Shown: positions 13,290 to 27,497, counted from the stretch's first letter. The stretch: DNA of 64,000 nucleotides from Azolla caroliniana (GCA_043228905.1 JBHGNT010000005.1:20770001-20834000); one strand, 5' to 3'. A program made the numbers and translations. The notes: a model not told the origin generated them from the letters alone.

Positions 13290-14900
13290 TCCCAAAATGA
13301 TGGGAACAATATACATCCATATTATGTGATCTCCATCTTCCCAAAAAATGAGCATTGAATCCCATACCCTTTTAAAATGGATTTGCTTCTTGAAAATGAC
13401 ATTAGCATTGCCTGTAAAACTTTTATATTGGTCACATAATGTACGAATATGTAACAACCAGAATTCAACAATTATAATAGAAACATCATGAGTGACGATG
13501 TCAAAAACTGATGTACATCATCGCGCCTTCCAAATTACCCACATATGAATAAATGAAATTGTCTTCCAAATAATATCATCCCCAAATTGCAAACTATCAA
13601 ATAGAAAAGGTTGAACCATTTATATATGAGGAGGAACTATGTGAAAGGCTTCCACTATATCCTCCTTTTCATATAACAGTTGTCCCTCTAGAAGGGCCCA
13701 CCTAACCACACCCCAAGTGATCACATGTCAATTAGCGTGTATCAATATCAACAACCTTAATACTCTCTTCCATACTTGCATAATTTTAGGACAAGACCAC
13801 AATACATGATTAATTGATTCCATCATACATCCACAACCAAATCCACGCGACTTATTATTTACTTGTCGTAACCATGCCCGAACCGATAGTGCATAATGGA
13901 TCAATAACCAGCAAAAAAGTACAATCTTCCTAGGAATATACATACTCAATAACCACTTCCAATATTTAGATGCATCCATTAAAGAGGCCCCATTTGCCAA
14001 CCAACTTTCATAACGGACGGTGGAATCAATTTCTTATGTAAGAGCAACTTCCGGTCCAACTTCACAAAATATTGAAAATATTTAGTTTGAGACGAAGGAT
14101 TTGTATGTTTCCAAAGATAATCTAATGGATTCCAATGCAAGTCCAACAACGATTTTTTTTAAAATACCCATAGTTGGAAAAATATACTATCAGAAGGAGA
14201 AGGATCTAAAATCCACCTTTTACTAGATTTACCAATCACTCTCACAAGATGTTGCAATGTTGTTTGTCAAATCAACGATTCCACTTTAGTTTGCCATAAT
14301 TTTCCTTCGTCATATACATCAAAATAATAACAGTCTCCTTGAGACATTGTTCCTTTTACTCATATCATAACACCAACCGAAGTAAAGTATCCAAACCAAA
14401 CATGCACAAAAGATGGTGACCAATTAGAGAGGTCCCATAAAGATAACTGAATTGCATCAAACATAGCTCTAAAACCCCTACACCTAGTAGCATCAAGATG
14501 AGAATTATTAAGATGACAAACATAATTTCCCCAAGAGGCTATCGTGGTAGTTATACACCAATGAAGTTGATCGAAGATAAAGCTTGCTTAGTGGTGAATG
14601 TATCCCTTAGATGGCACAATACTTTGATATGGGATATCCAATGTTGGACTCTTAGATGGACAACCCATTAGGGCAAAAGCATGAGAATGGGGACAATTAC
14701 CTATGCCCTTGACATAACTAATTAGCTATGCAAAAAGCTGAATAAAATTTAGTTGTTTGGCAAATTTAGGGATTATCAAAATGTGATCTGAAATAAAGAA
14801 CGACTTAAATGTGTACCATAAATGATAATATTTCCCTCCCCATAATAAATGATGTGTATCTTTAAGATTTTCCCACTAAATATTAACAAAAAAAGAAGCT
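13290..14900 (-). mobile_element. Degenerate LINE (L1-type) ORF2 3' fragment with zf-RVT
   Basis: WKWLLSMYIPRKIVLFCWLLIHYALSV...CGCMMESINHVLWSCPKIMQVW followed by WKTISFIHMWVIWKAR, with many stops. Boundaries approximate. Confidence 0.8.
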
Positions 14901-14999
14901 ACTTAGCCGTGGTCATTTTAGCTACATGTTAACTATAATAGTGTTTCCATTTACATGCTTTCACCCATCATCCATCATTTGTAGGCAATCTTACTAGGT

Positions 15000-15560
15000 A
15001 AATAGGTTGGGTCTTAGGGGGCTTTATAATATCAGCGCATTTCCTATGGGAAATGGGGTTTTTGCACAATGCTTGAAGAGGAAGCCAAACATGATTTCCT
15101 TACATGTATTAAAGCAATATGTGTTGTTATATTGTAGATTTGGGCATCATTTATTGGTATATTTACCTCCCTCGTTGGACAAGAATTTACTCCATAGTAT
15201 AAAGAGGTGAATGATTGATTGTCTTATTTGTTGGAGTATATTGTATTGGAGTATGCAAAACAAGGTCTTCTTTGATGGTCTCGAAAGCCGAAGGTTTATT
15301 CTCTCCATAGGATAAAGAGGTATATGATTGATTACCTTATTTATTGGAGAGTATTGTATTGGAATGTGAGAAACAAAGCCTTCTTTGATGGTAAATGGGT
15401 TATAAAGAAAATTCATATGGTGGTTTTCATAACTAAGCTAAGTGGACATATTGCGCCTAAAGGAGTTGTCTCTACGCTAACTAGACTTACATCTCTTGAA
15501 AAGGTTTACCTAGTGATAAAGAGCCTCGCTATTGTATTACGAGTCAACAAGGGGTTTTTA
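15000..15560 (+). mobile_element. Highly degraded LINE 3' remnant
   Basis: Residual zf-RVT-like CLKR..HVLKQ and LYWNVRNKAFFDG motifs. The latter segment is duplicated (~15210-15280 and ~15325-15392). Confidence 0.45.
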
Positions 15561-18074
15561 TATTGATCCTATTGTAATAGGTACTTGTAACAATTCATGT
15601 CACACAATTCCTATAGGCTACGACATTGAAATGACATTGGTACCTGTGAAGTCAATTTTTGCTCGTAAGAAAAGACCATGGCAAATACATCGGATGCTAA
15701 GGTGTATAAGAATAAAGCACAATATGAAAAGGTTCAAGAGTTAAAAGACGAATGAAATTGAAGGGATATGAAGTTAGAGGCGTTTTCTAAAAGTAGAAAA
15801 AGCAGGAAAAAAGAAAAAAACGCATAAAAAAGGCAGAGAAAAAAGCTCATAACTTCTTCATCTTATATCCAAATTTCAAAAGAAAAGATTTATAAAGAAG
15901 CTAGCAAAGAGAGCTTTCTCGTATGACAAATGAGAAATAATGATATGAAAAACGCATCACACAAACTCGAGGATATGTAGAAAGAAAAGAAAAGAAAAAA
16001 GCAAGAATAACGCAATTAAAAACCTATAAATATGAGGGTATTCTTAGCAATTGGGAGAGAAAAAGGGAGGAATAGAATATCTACAAGAAGAAGTGAGGAA
16101 GAATAAGAAGATTAGAAGAAGTGAGACGAAGATTAGTCGAAGAAAGAGAGAAGAAGGAAAGACCATTTTGGCTAATAGTATATTGAAGCAGTTATTTGGG
16201 GTTGTTACTTTTGGAGTCTAAGAGGATTGTATTGTTTTCCTAATAGTATATTAAAGTATTCTTTTCTCTTCCTCTTCTCTTCTCTATCTTTTTTCTTTCT
16301 CTCATCATGAGTACCCAATACACAAATGTATCCATAAGGAAAAGGGGCCATGATACCAAAAGTATTGTGGTTGCCTAGTGTGAAAAGCTCAATAATATGA
16401 GTGGCAACTAATTAATTAATTAGTTAAAGTGTTTCTTAAGTCTAGACAACTAATCATGTTCATTTAATTAAATATGAGTGGAGACTTTAATGATGAATTT
16501 GCCGAAGTTGTTAATGCTTCACTTGTTGCGTTGTGAAAAAAACGTTTGATGCATATATTGTTAAACCATTTTCTTCATTATTTACTAGCATTGCCTTATA
16601 ACTCATCATTGATGTGGTTCTTCCTTCTTTATCAATTGAGATTTAAACATTTATCCTTCTTAGCATTACTTTCTTTGGGCACATTATGACTTTGTTTCAA
16701 GGGAACATAGAGTGATAATCTTGTCATGATATAAGGGCAATGCTATCATTGTCACTCATTGTGTTTTGGGAAACATTTCATTGTCAAATTTCTTCGTTGT
16801 TGGCATTATGGCTTCTTTCTTTGTTAGCATCACCGTATAAAACATTTTTCTAGTATTTTCCTTCTTTATCACCATTTCATTTCAATGGCCAACTTTCCCA
16901 TTGTGTTTTAGCATGTAATGCCCTAGTAGAGGTTCTTTATTGTTTTACAAGACATGTTACATGTGGATCATGCATTTTCATTAAGACTAACTAGCCTAAA
17001 CATTGTCGAGGTTTTTTATTAGTAAGTGAGAAGCTAATTCACTCATGTTAGAAATTTCTTATTAACTTGGTTATTGCTAATTCCTATATTTTTTTTCCAT
17101 AAAAAATATTCTCCATTGGTATTAAAATAGTCTACTATTACAATGAATATTGCATGTGAATGTGGTTGCATTAGGTTTTAGACTTGATTTCAGCATACAT
17201 TTGAAACATTGGAAAGCCATATATCGATCGTGGTTTATTCCAAACCCTTTTATCATTGCATTCCAAGATGTAATGTCCCTTACATAGAGAGTATTGAAAA
17301 TATTTTGTGCTTCTTTGATGCTGCCACATTTGCCATATGTATCTAAAAGCGTGTTGCTAATTCCTATATTCTGGTTTAATTTCAGGTGTTAACTCACTCT
17401 ATCAATACAGGCACAAAAAAGAGGCAATGCATGTCATTCAAATTCAAAATGTCTAGTTTAAGTTTTAACTAATCTTTTAAACCTTCACACTTGTCCTTTT
17501 TCTTTTTCTTTTCTTTTTTTGTGATGAATTTATGTGGGCAAAATAGTTTGGCTCTTCAACCAAACAAGTTTCATTAAGAGCCAACATTAACCATATCTAT
17601 ATACCTCTCGAATCAATACAATCATATTTGAAAAAGCTACTAATTCATCGTAGTCTACATGAGTTTTCAGTGCTGAACAACCCAACAAGGCAACTTTAAT
17701 GGAAATCGCTGCAAACGCTTCAATGAAGATAGCAAGAAGACCATAATGCATTTTTATGCAAAATGTAGGTAGATATACACCTACAATATCTAAGGATGCC
17801 TCACTACATAAACACTTTCAAACCTCTTCATTAGAAGCCCTGAAAACTTATAGCAAAGACATCACATTTTATGCGAATATCAAACGTGTGTTGCCTACAA
17901 CCACCACATTGTTCCTCATTTCCCAACATAGCTCAATTGAGATCTCAATATCCAAACATCTTTGTTGGGGCATTGGCTCATAGATTGAAAAGCCACCCCA
18001 ATATGCATATGTTGTGGAGCTCTAGATGATTATTCATGAGCCTATCATATCTTTCCACCTCTTGTAGCTCACTA

Positions 18075-18423
18075 AAACTGTATCCCATCATAAGATATAA
18101 AACAAAGGAGCATATAGGCAACATGTTCCTCCCTCAAAATCTGTAACCATGGCATGTGTTCACTTTTTTGCGTAAATGAAATGCTTCTAATACACTCACA
18201 CAAGAACTGCCAATCCAATCTACAGTTTGGTATCCACATACGAAAAACTGTAGATTGGATTGGAAGCACCCCAAAAACTGTATCTCATCATAAGGTATAC
18301 AGAGAGGCATATATGCAACACTTTCCTTCCTCAAAATTTGCAACCATAGTATGTGTTGACTTTTTTGAGCGAACGAAATGCTTCTAATACACTCACCAGA
18401 GCTTCCAATCCAATCTACAATTT
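18075..18423. repeat. ~150 bp direct duplication with an intervening inverted copy of its end (19-bp perfect hairpin)
   Basis: 18075-18228 resembles 18273-18423. 18210-18228 (ccaatccaatctacagttt) is the exact reverse complement of 18245-18263. Confidence 0.88.
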
Positions 18424-19292
18424 CGTCTCTACAAGTCTGGATCAAATAATCTACACATACTTGATCCATCCATGAATGGGACCGAATAACCTTGGAACAC
18501 CTCAATAGTCTTTTATGGACACAGATTATTATTGCAAGACCCATACTCTCAAAGCTTACTAAGAGGCTTGTCCTTGATCTTGGGAAGACTTACATAATCA
18601 TGCACGGATTTTTTTCAGCCGACATGTTCTCTTTTCATACCATTATTTTCATTAGTACACTGATTGCATCACAAAAAGGTCACCACTAGAGTTAAGATCA
18701 CATTAGTTAGCATACAAAACTTTGAAGGAGCATAAAAGGCTACATCCATAGAAGGATAATGGTACATCATGTTTTGATTGTTTGAATCACGAATAAGCGC
18801 TTGGCGCATAGAAGTGTTACAAGAATATATCCCCCAAGGGCAGCTTATTAATAGAATATTGATGAATTAAAAAATATTAATGTTAAAATAGGTTATGTAT
18901 GCTGAAAACTAAAAAGGCCCCCGCTGCAAATATCAACATGTAAATATCAATACTGTGAAATGATAAAACTCTCACAAAACTTGCTAGACCTTTACACTGC
19001 TTGCATCAACAGAAAAGCAGCCCCAAGCTGCTGCTTTGTCATCATTCATCTTTCATGTAGCAGCCTTACCTTCCACTAGATTCTGAAAGAACCATGCAAG
19101 TTACTCCCCTTCATAAATGAGCTAAAAAGGGATTCACAATGAGGAGAACGACATTGTTTCAATCCCTTGATAAGGGAATCGAATCATGTATTTTATACAT
19201 TGCAAATTTGATAAAAGAGAGGGCAACCTACTTATACCTTATTTCAATCCATCTCATCTTTTCCTCCTTAAAAAGTGTTTCTCATAGAGAGG

Positions 19293-22200
19293 CTAAAGTG
19301 GGGACCAAAAGCAAGACCATAGAAATAGCTCAGCACACTCAGAGAACATACTAGTAGCCATTCCAAAGAAACTCTTTCCTAGAGGATTACCAATGGCAAG
19401 TGCTGAGTGTCTACTCATGTTATCCCAAATCGGCAACTTCCTACAATCATAGTCCCCTTTCTCACTACCAACTTCTAAGTGCTGCATTGTCATATCTAGT
19501 GATGGACTATTACTCCCTTTGCTACTACGCCCCGCTAAACGAAGCACTGGCAAGCCACTGCTACTTCTCGCATCTTCATCATCTATGCATTTGCTTCGAG
19601 GCCCTTCCTCGTTATCTATACTTTTGTTGTTTCTAGCTTCTTCGTCATCATTCATACCAACAAAAGCATGTTCTTCCTTGCATCTAGCACAAGTAGCCCA
19701 TTCACAGTCTCGAGCAGTATCACAACCTTCATGTGTGAGCTCAATAGATAGTCTTTCAGCTGATTCTGGATTTTCAGCCTGTTTTGAAAGCCCTACTTCA
19801 AAGGATAATTGTGAACCTAGCTTGTCCTTTACTCGGATAGTGGAAGCTATGGAGGATCTCTTGGAAACTAGTTCTGCATCACTGCTCAAATCAATCTCAC
19901 CTGAAGATTTTCTTAACACATCTTCGGTATGTATAATATTCCTCCCATTCAGTTCAGATGCTCCGGAAACTTCTGAATGTGATATCACATCAGAAGTAAT
20001 CTGGGCAGATCCTTCCAAATCTTCTTTTTTATATGCGATTCCATGAACTCCAAGGGCAGATTGGTCAAAAGCTTCATATGAACGTGCACTCTCACTCACT
20101 TCTGAAGCTTGGAATTTTACTTCCGAATGCATGGTCCTGTTCCTTACAGATGCTCTCTTAGAAACAGCTTCTTCTCCCTGGGGCACATGTCCAACTGGCA
20201 AGAAGATATCTGTCATAGTCCTAGGGAATTGATCAGCATTTGGTAATTTTATGACCTCGTCGTCCCTCATGTAGAGAAGTATATATGCTTTTTGTTCAAG
20301 TACTGTCCTCTCACTAACTTTGGAAACCTGTCAATGGACAGAAGTTCAGGTCACATACCATTCATGCAGGGAAAAACTTAATAAATATGCAAGGTATATT
20401 ATTCTCAACAAGAGGATTGCAACCTGGATCTTTCTCAAAAATCAAACAAAGACGGGATGATATCACTCTCATACTACAAGAGCATACTAAATCATTGGAA
20501 TAACTTTTCCGTCACATATTTTTGTTCCATGGAACAAGATAGTAATGAGATGGCTTATTTTATACACATTGAAAAGTTGCATATATGCCCATTAAAGCAA
20601 GTTTGGGAAATGAATCCAATACCTGATTGTCATCTAGAAGATACCATGTATCCATGGCAGTCCGTACAAAACAATAATAATGTCCAGAGTGGATAGACCA
20701 ACCAGAATGAACCAAAACAGCATATAAAGAGTAGCTGACGTTTCCATCCTATACTCACACAAGCCAAATGCAACAAAATTGTCAGAACCATGACGAATTA
20801 CAGCTGCAATTACCTCAAATTTGCAATAATAAGCAAAACCCTGACATTGTATGTATGTATGCATGTACCTCTCCTCCATTTACAAATGGCTTCAAATCAA
20901 GGTTCTTGTCAAAGTGGACCTTCTTGTCAATCTTTCCCCCATAGCCACCTAAGCTACTGAAGCGTTTTAGCTGTATCGTCAGCACAGGAGGTGCTTTGTC
21001 GATTGTGAATTGCTTCAATGCACGAACTTTTACCCTGCATCTGCTACATTGATATTTATTGTCTCCATCCAACTCTTCTATAGCTGTGAAGTGAGCTAGT
21101 GCCGTCTGCAAAGAATCAGCTTCTTCAACCTCGAGGCTCAGATCCAGAAAAGGATCATACTTGTTGGAGCAATGGGAGCACTGAGTACACTTCACCTGCA
21201 TATATGATCCAAGCAACAAGATGAGGAAAACCCAAAAACAGCTCAGCACATAACTACAGCCAGCTGATGTACACATAAAATTATTGAATGATAAAGAGAG
21301 AGTCTCTATTATTTTGGACTATACATATAGTGATTATATGCACACACCAACTTGCACCTGACTTCTAAGCTGCCCTCCGAACACATTTTGTATAAGGCTT
21401 TTACCACCAGATGCTTCCACTGAACAACATTTCTGTAAGGCCTCAATTAGATATCTCATATACTCATGAGCATCTTCTTGCTGCCACATTTGGAAAGAAC
21501 GTGAAATGCCTGGTGTAGTTTGTGGTCAAGGAAATCGGAGTTTTTTTTATACAATCATTAAAATAGATCGTTAGATTGGAGGTAAACAAAGGATACATCG
21601 CAGGTTCTTGACAAGATATTTGGGAGAAATACTCCTGCCATGAGATGTCAAAGCCTCCTTCACGTGGCTTTCCAAGGCACACATTGCACAAAAACCTGTG
21701 ATTCGGCCTGTCACAGATAAGGAGTTCAATGACCATATATACTTTCGCCGAATATAATTTTGAGATCCCAATATAAAATGCATTCAATGTGAACAAAAGC
21801 ATACACTGGGTTTACCAAAACCAAGCCTTTCTTAAAACTATAAAAGAATCACTAGATGGCGAGTATACATACATTGGGACAGATTTGAATATAAATATAG
21901 ACCATAGGATTTAAAATTTTGTAAAAATGATTGTGACAGTAGATTTACATGAGCTCTGATGAAACCCGCTTTGAAGGCGTGCTGCAAGAGGCGGTGTGTA
22001 TGTAAGGCATTGTAGCACAGCATTAAGGAAGCATGTATTCCCGAGGTTAGCCAAGCCAGCTCCCTGAAAAACACGATTGGAAGAGACTCCTTCATATGAT
22101 AATGCATGTGTTAATTCGAGAAACAGAACTGAGAAACTCACAAAATTAGAGAATCCTAATACATTTGGATCAAGGTCATTTGCGCGTAAATCAAAACGAT

Positions 22201-22750
22201 TTCAACATAGATCAAGATTATTTCCATGTGTATCAGGGCTATTTCGAAGCAGATCAGTATTGTTACAGGATAGATCAAGGCCCTAGATCATTTCTATGTA
22301 GGTTAAGATGATTCTATCGTAGATCAAGGTCATTTCCATGTAGATCAAGACGATTTCCAAGTAGATCAGGGTTATATCCGTGCAGATCGAGATCATTTCA
22401 ACGTAGTAGAGCAAGGCTTTATGAATGAAGATTAAAGTTATTTATACATTAGATCGAGCTTATTTCCATGTAGAAGAATGTATGAAAGAAAAAACTGTAG
22501 ATCTAGCAATGCTTACAATTCTATGAACAGGTAGGTGTGGAGAGAAATCTTGCATCGTCGAGCCGATCTCTCCTTCACCACAATCCCTCGAATAGAACGA
22601 ATTCTCCATGGGCTTAGGAGAAAAAAGAGCACGCCTAGGGAGAATGGTGGATGCCATGGAAACAATGGCCATGGCGGAGGCGTGAGAGAAGCGGCCGTAA
22701 TCGATACCGGAGGATCCTCGTGTTTGGGCAGGATCTTGGGCTAAAGACAT
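19293..22750 (-). CDS. Ubiquitin carboxyl-terminal hydrolase (peptidase C19, USP36/USP42 / plant UBP23-like), ~699 aa
   Basis: Seven GT-AG exons splice in frame (2100 nt): 22750-22517, 22063-21949, 21707-21597, 21509-21358, 21195-20869, 20748-20623, 20327-19293. Motifs: Cys box [26 protein letters not shown], zinc finger [16 protein letters not shown], His box [25 protein letters not shown]. The start (22750 vs 22672) and the extreme C-terminus are less certain. Confidence 0.92.
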
Positions 22751-23351
22751 GATATGATGGATGGATGGATGGATGGATGGGCAATGGGCGATGGGCAATG
22801 GGCAATGATGATTGATTGATGGATCTGTGGCAGAGAAAGGAGGCTGCCTGCAGGAAGGGTAGGAATTGAGCCCTAGACCTGCTCCTCCCTTCCCTCTGCA
22901 GAGAGCCTCCTAGCCTTTTGCTCAACAGAACCACCAATCTAATGCAGAGAAGAAAGAAAGAATTCTGTTAAAAAACAAAACAAATTTGCAGAGGGGGGTG
23001 GGGGTTTGTGTGTTGTTGTCACTCGCTGTCTCTCTCTCTCTCTCTCTCGTTTTATCTTCCTTTTTGTGTTGCTTCTTCTTCTATTCTTTCTTTACTTTCT
23101 TTTCTTCTTCTTTTTCTTGTTTCTTTGTTGTTGCCAGGATTCGATCTTGAGACCTCTTGAGAGAGAAACACTCTTGACACTTGGACCCCACATAAAGTAA
23201 GTCCATAACACCAAAAGAAAATGAAGAAGGAAGGAAGGAAGGAAGGAAGGAAGGAGATGAAAGAGACTCACCGACAACAACAAGACTCGCTCCACTCCCC
23301 TCACACGATTGGCCCAAGCCCCCCGCCAGACAGTGACCCCTCACCCATCTC

Positions 23352-23418
23352 TCTTTTGGGCGGGCTGCCCCGCCCAAAAGACCCATGACCTACAAACCAA
23401 CCTATCGGGTCTTGGGTC
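23352..23418. promoter_or_regulatory. Inverted repeats in the putative promoter of the ubiquitin protease gene
   Basis: Perfect 13-bp arms tcttttgggcggg / cccgcccaaaaga with a 4-nt loop, then gacccatgacc / ggtcttgggtc (1 mismatch). TGGGCC (site II-type) motifs lie nearby at ~23311 and ~23455. A regulatory role is inferred. Confidence 0.45.
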
Positions 23419-26399
23419 ACCGTGACTCCCTACTTGGGCCTACTGGCAATACAAACCAAACCTCTAGCCCTGGCTGTGAGACATGTAGCCCCAGAATCGG
23501 CTTGTCACAATCACGCTACATATGTACGTGACCGGACGTCGCCTCGGTCATTGCCAGTCGTGTTCTGCAGACCGTGTGGATTGAAACTAAGAAAGAAGAG
23601 GAAAGAAGAGGAAAGAAGAAGAAGACGAAGAAGAAAGTATGTTATTGGCTTATCAGGAAAAAGGTTGGTCCTCGCCTATCAAAGTACTCCTCATATTTTG
23701 GGTAATAATAGCCAAACTACCCTCATTAATTTCGGAATTTCTCAACTTTTTTTTTTTGTTCTTAGTAGCAATGGTGATGGTGTGTAACGTACCCCGCGAA
23801 TTATATGTAATACGAAGAGTACATGGATAGAGTTGAAAGATATCATTTCTTATCGCTCGTAAAGTTGGTAGCCTTTTTTATGTAGGCATCATATTAATCG
23901 CAATTTAGAAAAGCTAAGCAAGTTCACACCATCCTAAACAAATTGATATTCTTTCATAAGTGATTGCGGGTTTTTCAAATCATTAATTTTGTGTAACTTC
24001 GAGAACCTGGCTTGGCGAAAAAAGACAAGGACTTTACAGTGATTTCTGCTCGCAATGCTTGAAACTCGACTTTCAATTATTTAAAATGGGAATAGTCTAA
24101 TACTTCCATTTAAGATACATTTGTGAAAAAATAATTTTGACACGATGGCCTATGTTCCAATATACTTTGTGTTCCCATTAGCCTTGACTATATTGCTATT
24201 GCTCCAATTGAGGGTGGTTTTAAACGTCAACTGCTTCCGGAGGAGAGACAAACTTCAAAGGCAATATGTTGTATTCTCACCATTATACCTTTGATATAAA
24301 ACTTAGAAACCACGTTTCACTCGAGACGCGTGTAACAGAACTTCAACTCGCTAAATCAATTATGCACTTGTGGGTTACAAACTTTGTGTATGCTAAGGAC
24401 CTTGATTTTACCACTTTCTCGTTGCTTGCTTTCTTTTTCATTTGGGCTCATTCACAATTTGCACACAACTACATACTTGATCATATCTTCTTTACATATG
24501 TGCACTCTACTTTCATGCACTTGCCCACACAATATATATAGGCACATTCACATGCAATTCAAAAACACATATACTAGCAAACATGGTTATTCACATTCAC
24601 ACATGTACATACTCACATAAACACATGCGGGTGGATGCAAATGAAAAAGTGCACAATTTTACGCAAAAAGTATCAAGACCCACATACGCGCATCATTGAC
24701 ATCATAAATGATGGAGAGAGGTTTAGTACAAAAGACTGCCTACTTATAAAGATATGAAATTTGCAATACTTTCCTACACCAAAAGTTCTTGATAGGGACC
24801 AATTTTCAATCGTGGTCTAATTAATGTTCAAGTAATCAAAAGAGTAGGCCCCATTGATCATACAATCTTTTTTTATTGTAATATCTTGCAACTTTAGAAA
24901 TCATCATGGAATATTCTTCATTGCCAAGAAGTATGATTCTCAAATGTTGCATTGCTTTGTGATGAGTGGAGTGTCATCCTCATTATATTTATATTTGTGA
25001 AATGTCTACACATTTTTTGGTCTACATATCAATCAAGTTGGCCTAGTGTGAAGCCTCCAAGTTGATGTGTGTGTGAAACTTAGGGCTTACAATGTGTTTG
25101 TGTTTTTTGAGAGTATGAGTTGGAGAGAAAACTTTTGTATATTTGATTATATCTAATGTTGTGTATAGAGAAGGTGTCATCTCTAGCATTATGCATCTAT
25201 TCTTTGTTTTCTTCCATACATTGTGATCTTGTTCCTTGCTTGGTATTCTTTCTTATGATTCTCTTGTAGCTTGCTATTAAGTGATAATGTCAAACACTAT
25301 GTTCACCGAACTCCAATACTTGGTATCAAAGTGGAGATTTGTATATGAAGGCTAAATACAATTGCCCTTGGAATGTTAAAAAAGGCTCAATAAAGGAGCA
25401 AATAAGACTAATTAGTTATTGAGCGAAAGGGGAACGATTTGGATGACTTGGCTTACTCACACAAACATCACCACCATGTTGTCAATGTTTGCTTAAACTT
25501 CATCGGCTGGCTCATCGTACAAGGGAACCTCATGACTTAAGTAAGAGGAAGTTCAAAGTTTCACACGTTTGATGAGATCAACTCCCCTCTTTGGAGAAAA
25601 ATCAAAATATGTGTCATTTTGATTTAGAGGTCTGAATGGAGGCTAGTTGACATGAAGAGAATTGCCAACATAATTAATCATGAACACTATACATAACTTG
25701 ACCAATTGGTGATTTCAATGATCCGATCTGGTTGACAATATATAGTTCTCAATCTTGGATTGTGAAAATCCCAAGAAAAGTTTTGAGTAAGTTGCATTGT
25801 CATAAAGTGGCATGGACGAAGGGTAGGGGGTGAGTGACAAAGACAAGTTTCACAATAGCCCAAGAATGTGGGCAAAGTGATGAAGAAAGGAAGAGGATAA
25901 GAAGGAACAATAAATTATGAGGGATATATCGAATAGTGAGAAATATCCAATAATATCCTTAATTGTCTCAAGGGATATCTTGAATAATAAGAGCTATCCT
26001 CTAAGATCTTTAATGGTCTCAAGGGATATGCTTGCTGGAATGTGAATGAAAATTGCATTTTGTGTCTAAATTAAAATCCAAACTCATGATAGAGCCCAAC
26101 CTAGCTATCAATCATTGTAGAGGCATGTAATTGAAAGCTAACCTTGATGCCTTGATTAGGTGCGAAAGAAAAGATCTTCCATGGTGAGCTTTTGTGTAGG
26201 ATAGCAAAGTGTAGTGTACTTGTTGCAAACGAAGTGTTGAGTGAACCTTGTGCCACTTGAGACTAAGCTTCATGTGATGAGGAGCCTTCGAACAAGGATT
26301 TGCTTCATATGAATCTTGCTATGAATGTAGCCTCGCTTTAGATGTAGCTACCTACGAGCCAAGCTTCATTCGTATGACCTATCCAATGAGGAGGCATCC

Positions 26400-27497
26400 C
26401 TCTTCCCAAACCTAAATTACTAACCATGAGCCAAATGTTCATGTAGACCCATCCTTTCTTCACACTTCATCCTACACCCACACCTACACCCACTCACAAT
26501 TCCTAATATCCTAGAGACCTTTTATTTTCATTAAAGCTAGGTCTCCCCTCCCAAAAAAAGCAACCAAAAGGTCAGTTGGGACCCTTTGCAATGGACATGG
26601 CGTGATCCCTACGCGGCGCAAGGAAGCAAACCCATCCCTTTCTTCCAATTCACAACTAGATTGGGTCGCCACATTCTAGCTGCTCAAACCGCCCGAGAGC
26701 CGGCTACTGCGAAGGTCTGGCACACATTTCAAGTTCCTCCAACAATAATCACCAAGTTTTGGCAGAAAATCTGGAAACAACAACACGCGAGGCAAATTAC
26801 CACGTTCCAATGGCTATTAATACATAAGTCCCTACCGGTGGGAGCATGGCAACGTGGGAACCTTAGCTCTCCTAATTGTGTAGAGTGCCCACATGCAGTA
26901 GAATCAATACGGCGCGCTCTTTGGGACTGCCCAACGTCCCATCAAATATGACGGGGGGTTGGCCGCTTGTTGCAATTATGCCAGGTGCAAGGCTCAATTA
27001 AGTGGGGAAATATATGTTGGCTATCATGGCAGACCGCAATGGGCAGATACGAGCATCAGGAGGAGGGGATGACTTTGGTGATAAAAGCACAAGAGGTATT
27101 TTTCTCCTCCAGCGGCAATGTCCACTCCACTCCTCTTAATGACAAATCTCAAGAGGTGTTGGAATTGGTCAACCCAATAACTCTTTGGATTCTATGGAAA
27201 CAAATATGTAGGCGAGTCTTCTCCAACCAAACCGCACATGCAACAAGGTTATTGCAAGAGATATGGAGTGAAATTGTAGCCACTCTGAAGAGCCAATATG
27301 ACGGCCTTAAGGGCGGCTCCGATGGAGTTGAAAGACAACGAATAGCCTTCATCCAACAATGGTTGTCCTCTTCCTTTCTTGAGGAGTGGGCATCCACACA
27401 AGATGGAACTATCGTGTCCCTACAGGGATTTGTACATAATCGTCTCATTTGCAAAATTTTATAACTAATGGAAGGAGTGTTTTTTGGAAAAAAAAAA
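26400..27497 (+). mobile_element. 5'-truncated LINE (L1-type) 3' fragment with zf-RVT and short poly(A)
   Basis: FWQKIWKQQHARQITTFQWLLIHKSLPVG..CVECPHAVESIRRALWDCP, then ITLWILWKQICRRVF. A-run at 27488-27497. Same type as the 13.3-14.9 kb remnant. 5' boundary approximate. Confidence 0.82.

Noticed and set aside
12120-13300. 110-aa and 175-aa ORFs
   Set aside because: AT-rich, weak starts, no motifs or convincing splice structure.
15570-16260. Possible solo LTR (purine-rich, ctataaat box)
   Set aside because: I could not define TG..CA termini or a TSD.
18072-18544. ORFs with an internally repeated peptide
   Set aside because: Explained by the local DNA duplication; the two copies are not in one frame.
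23006-23830. ORFs with poly-Phe/Leu or poly-Arg/Lys tracts
   Set aside because: Translations of CT/GA microsatellite-rich UTR and promoter sequence.
25050-26340. PBS-like tggtatcaaag at 25321 with possible LTR and gag remnant
   Set aside because: Too degraded: no second LTR or recognisable domain found.
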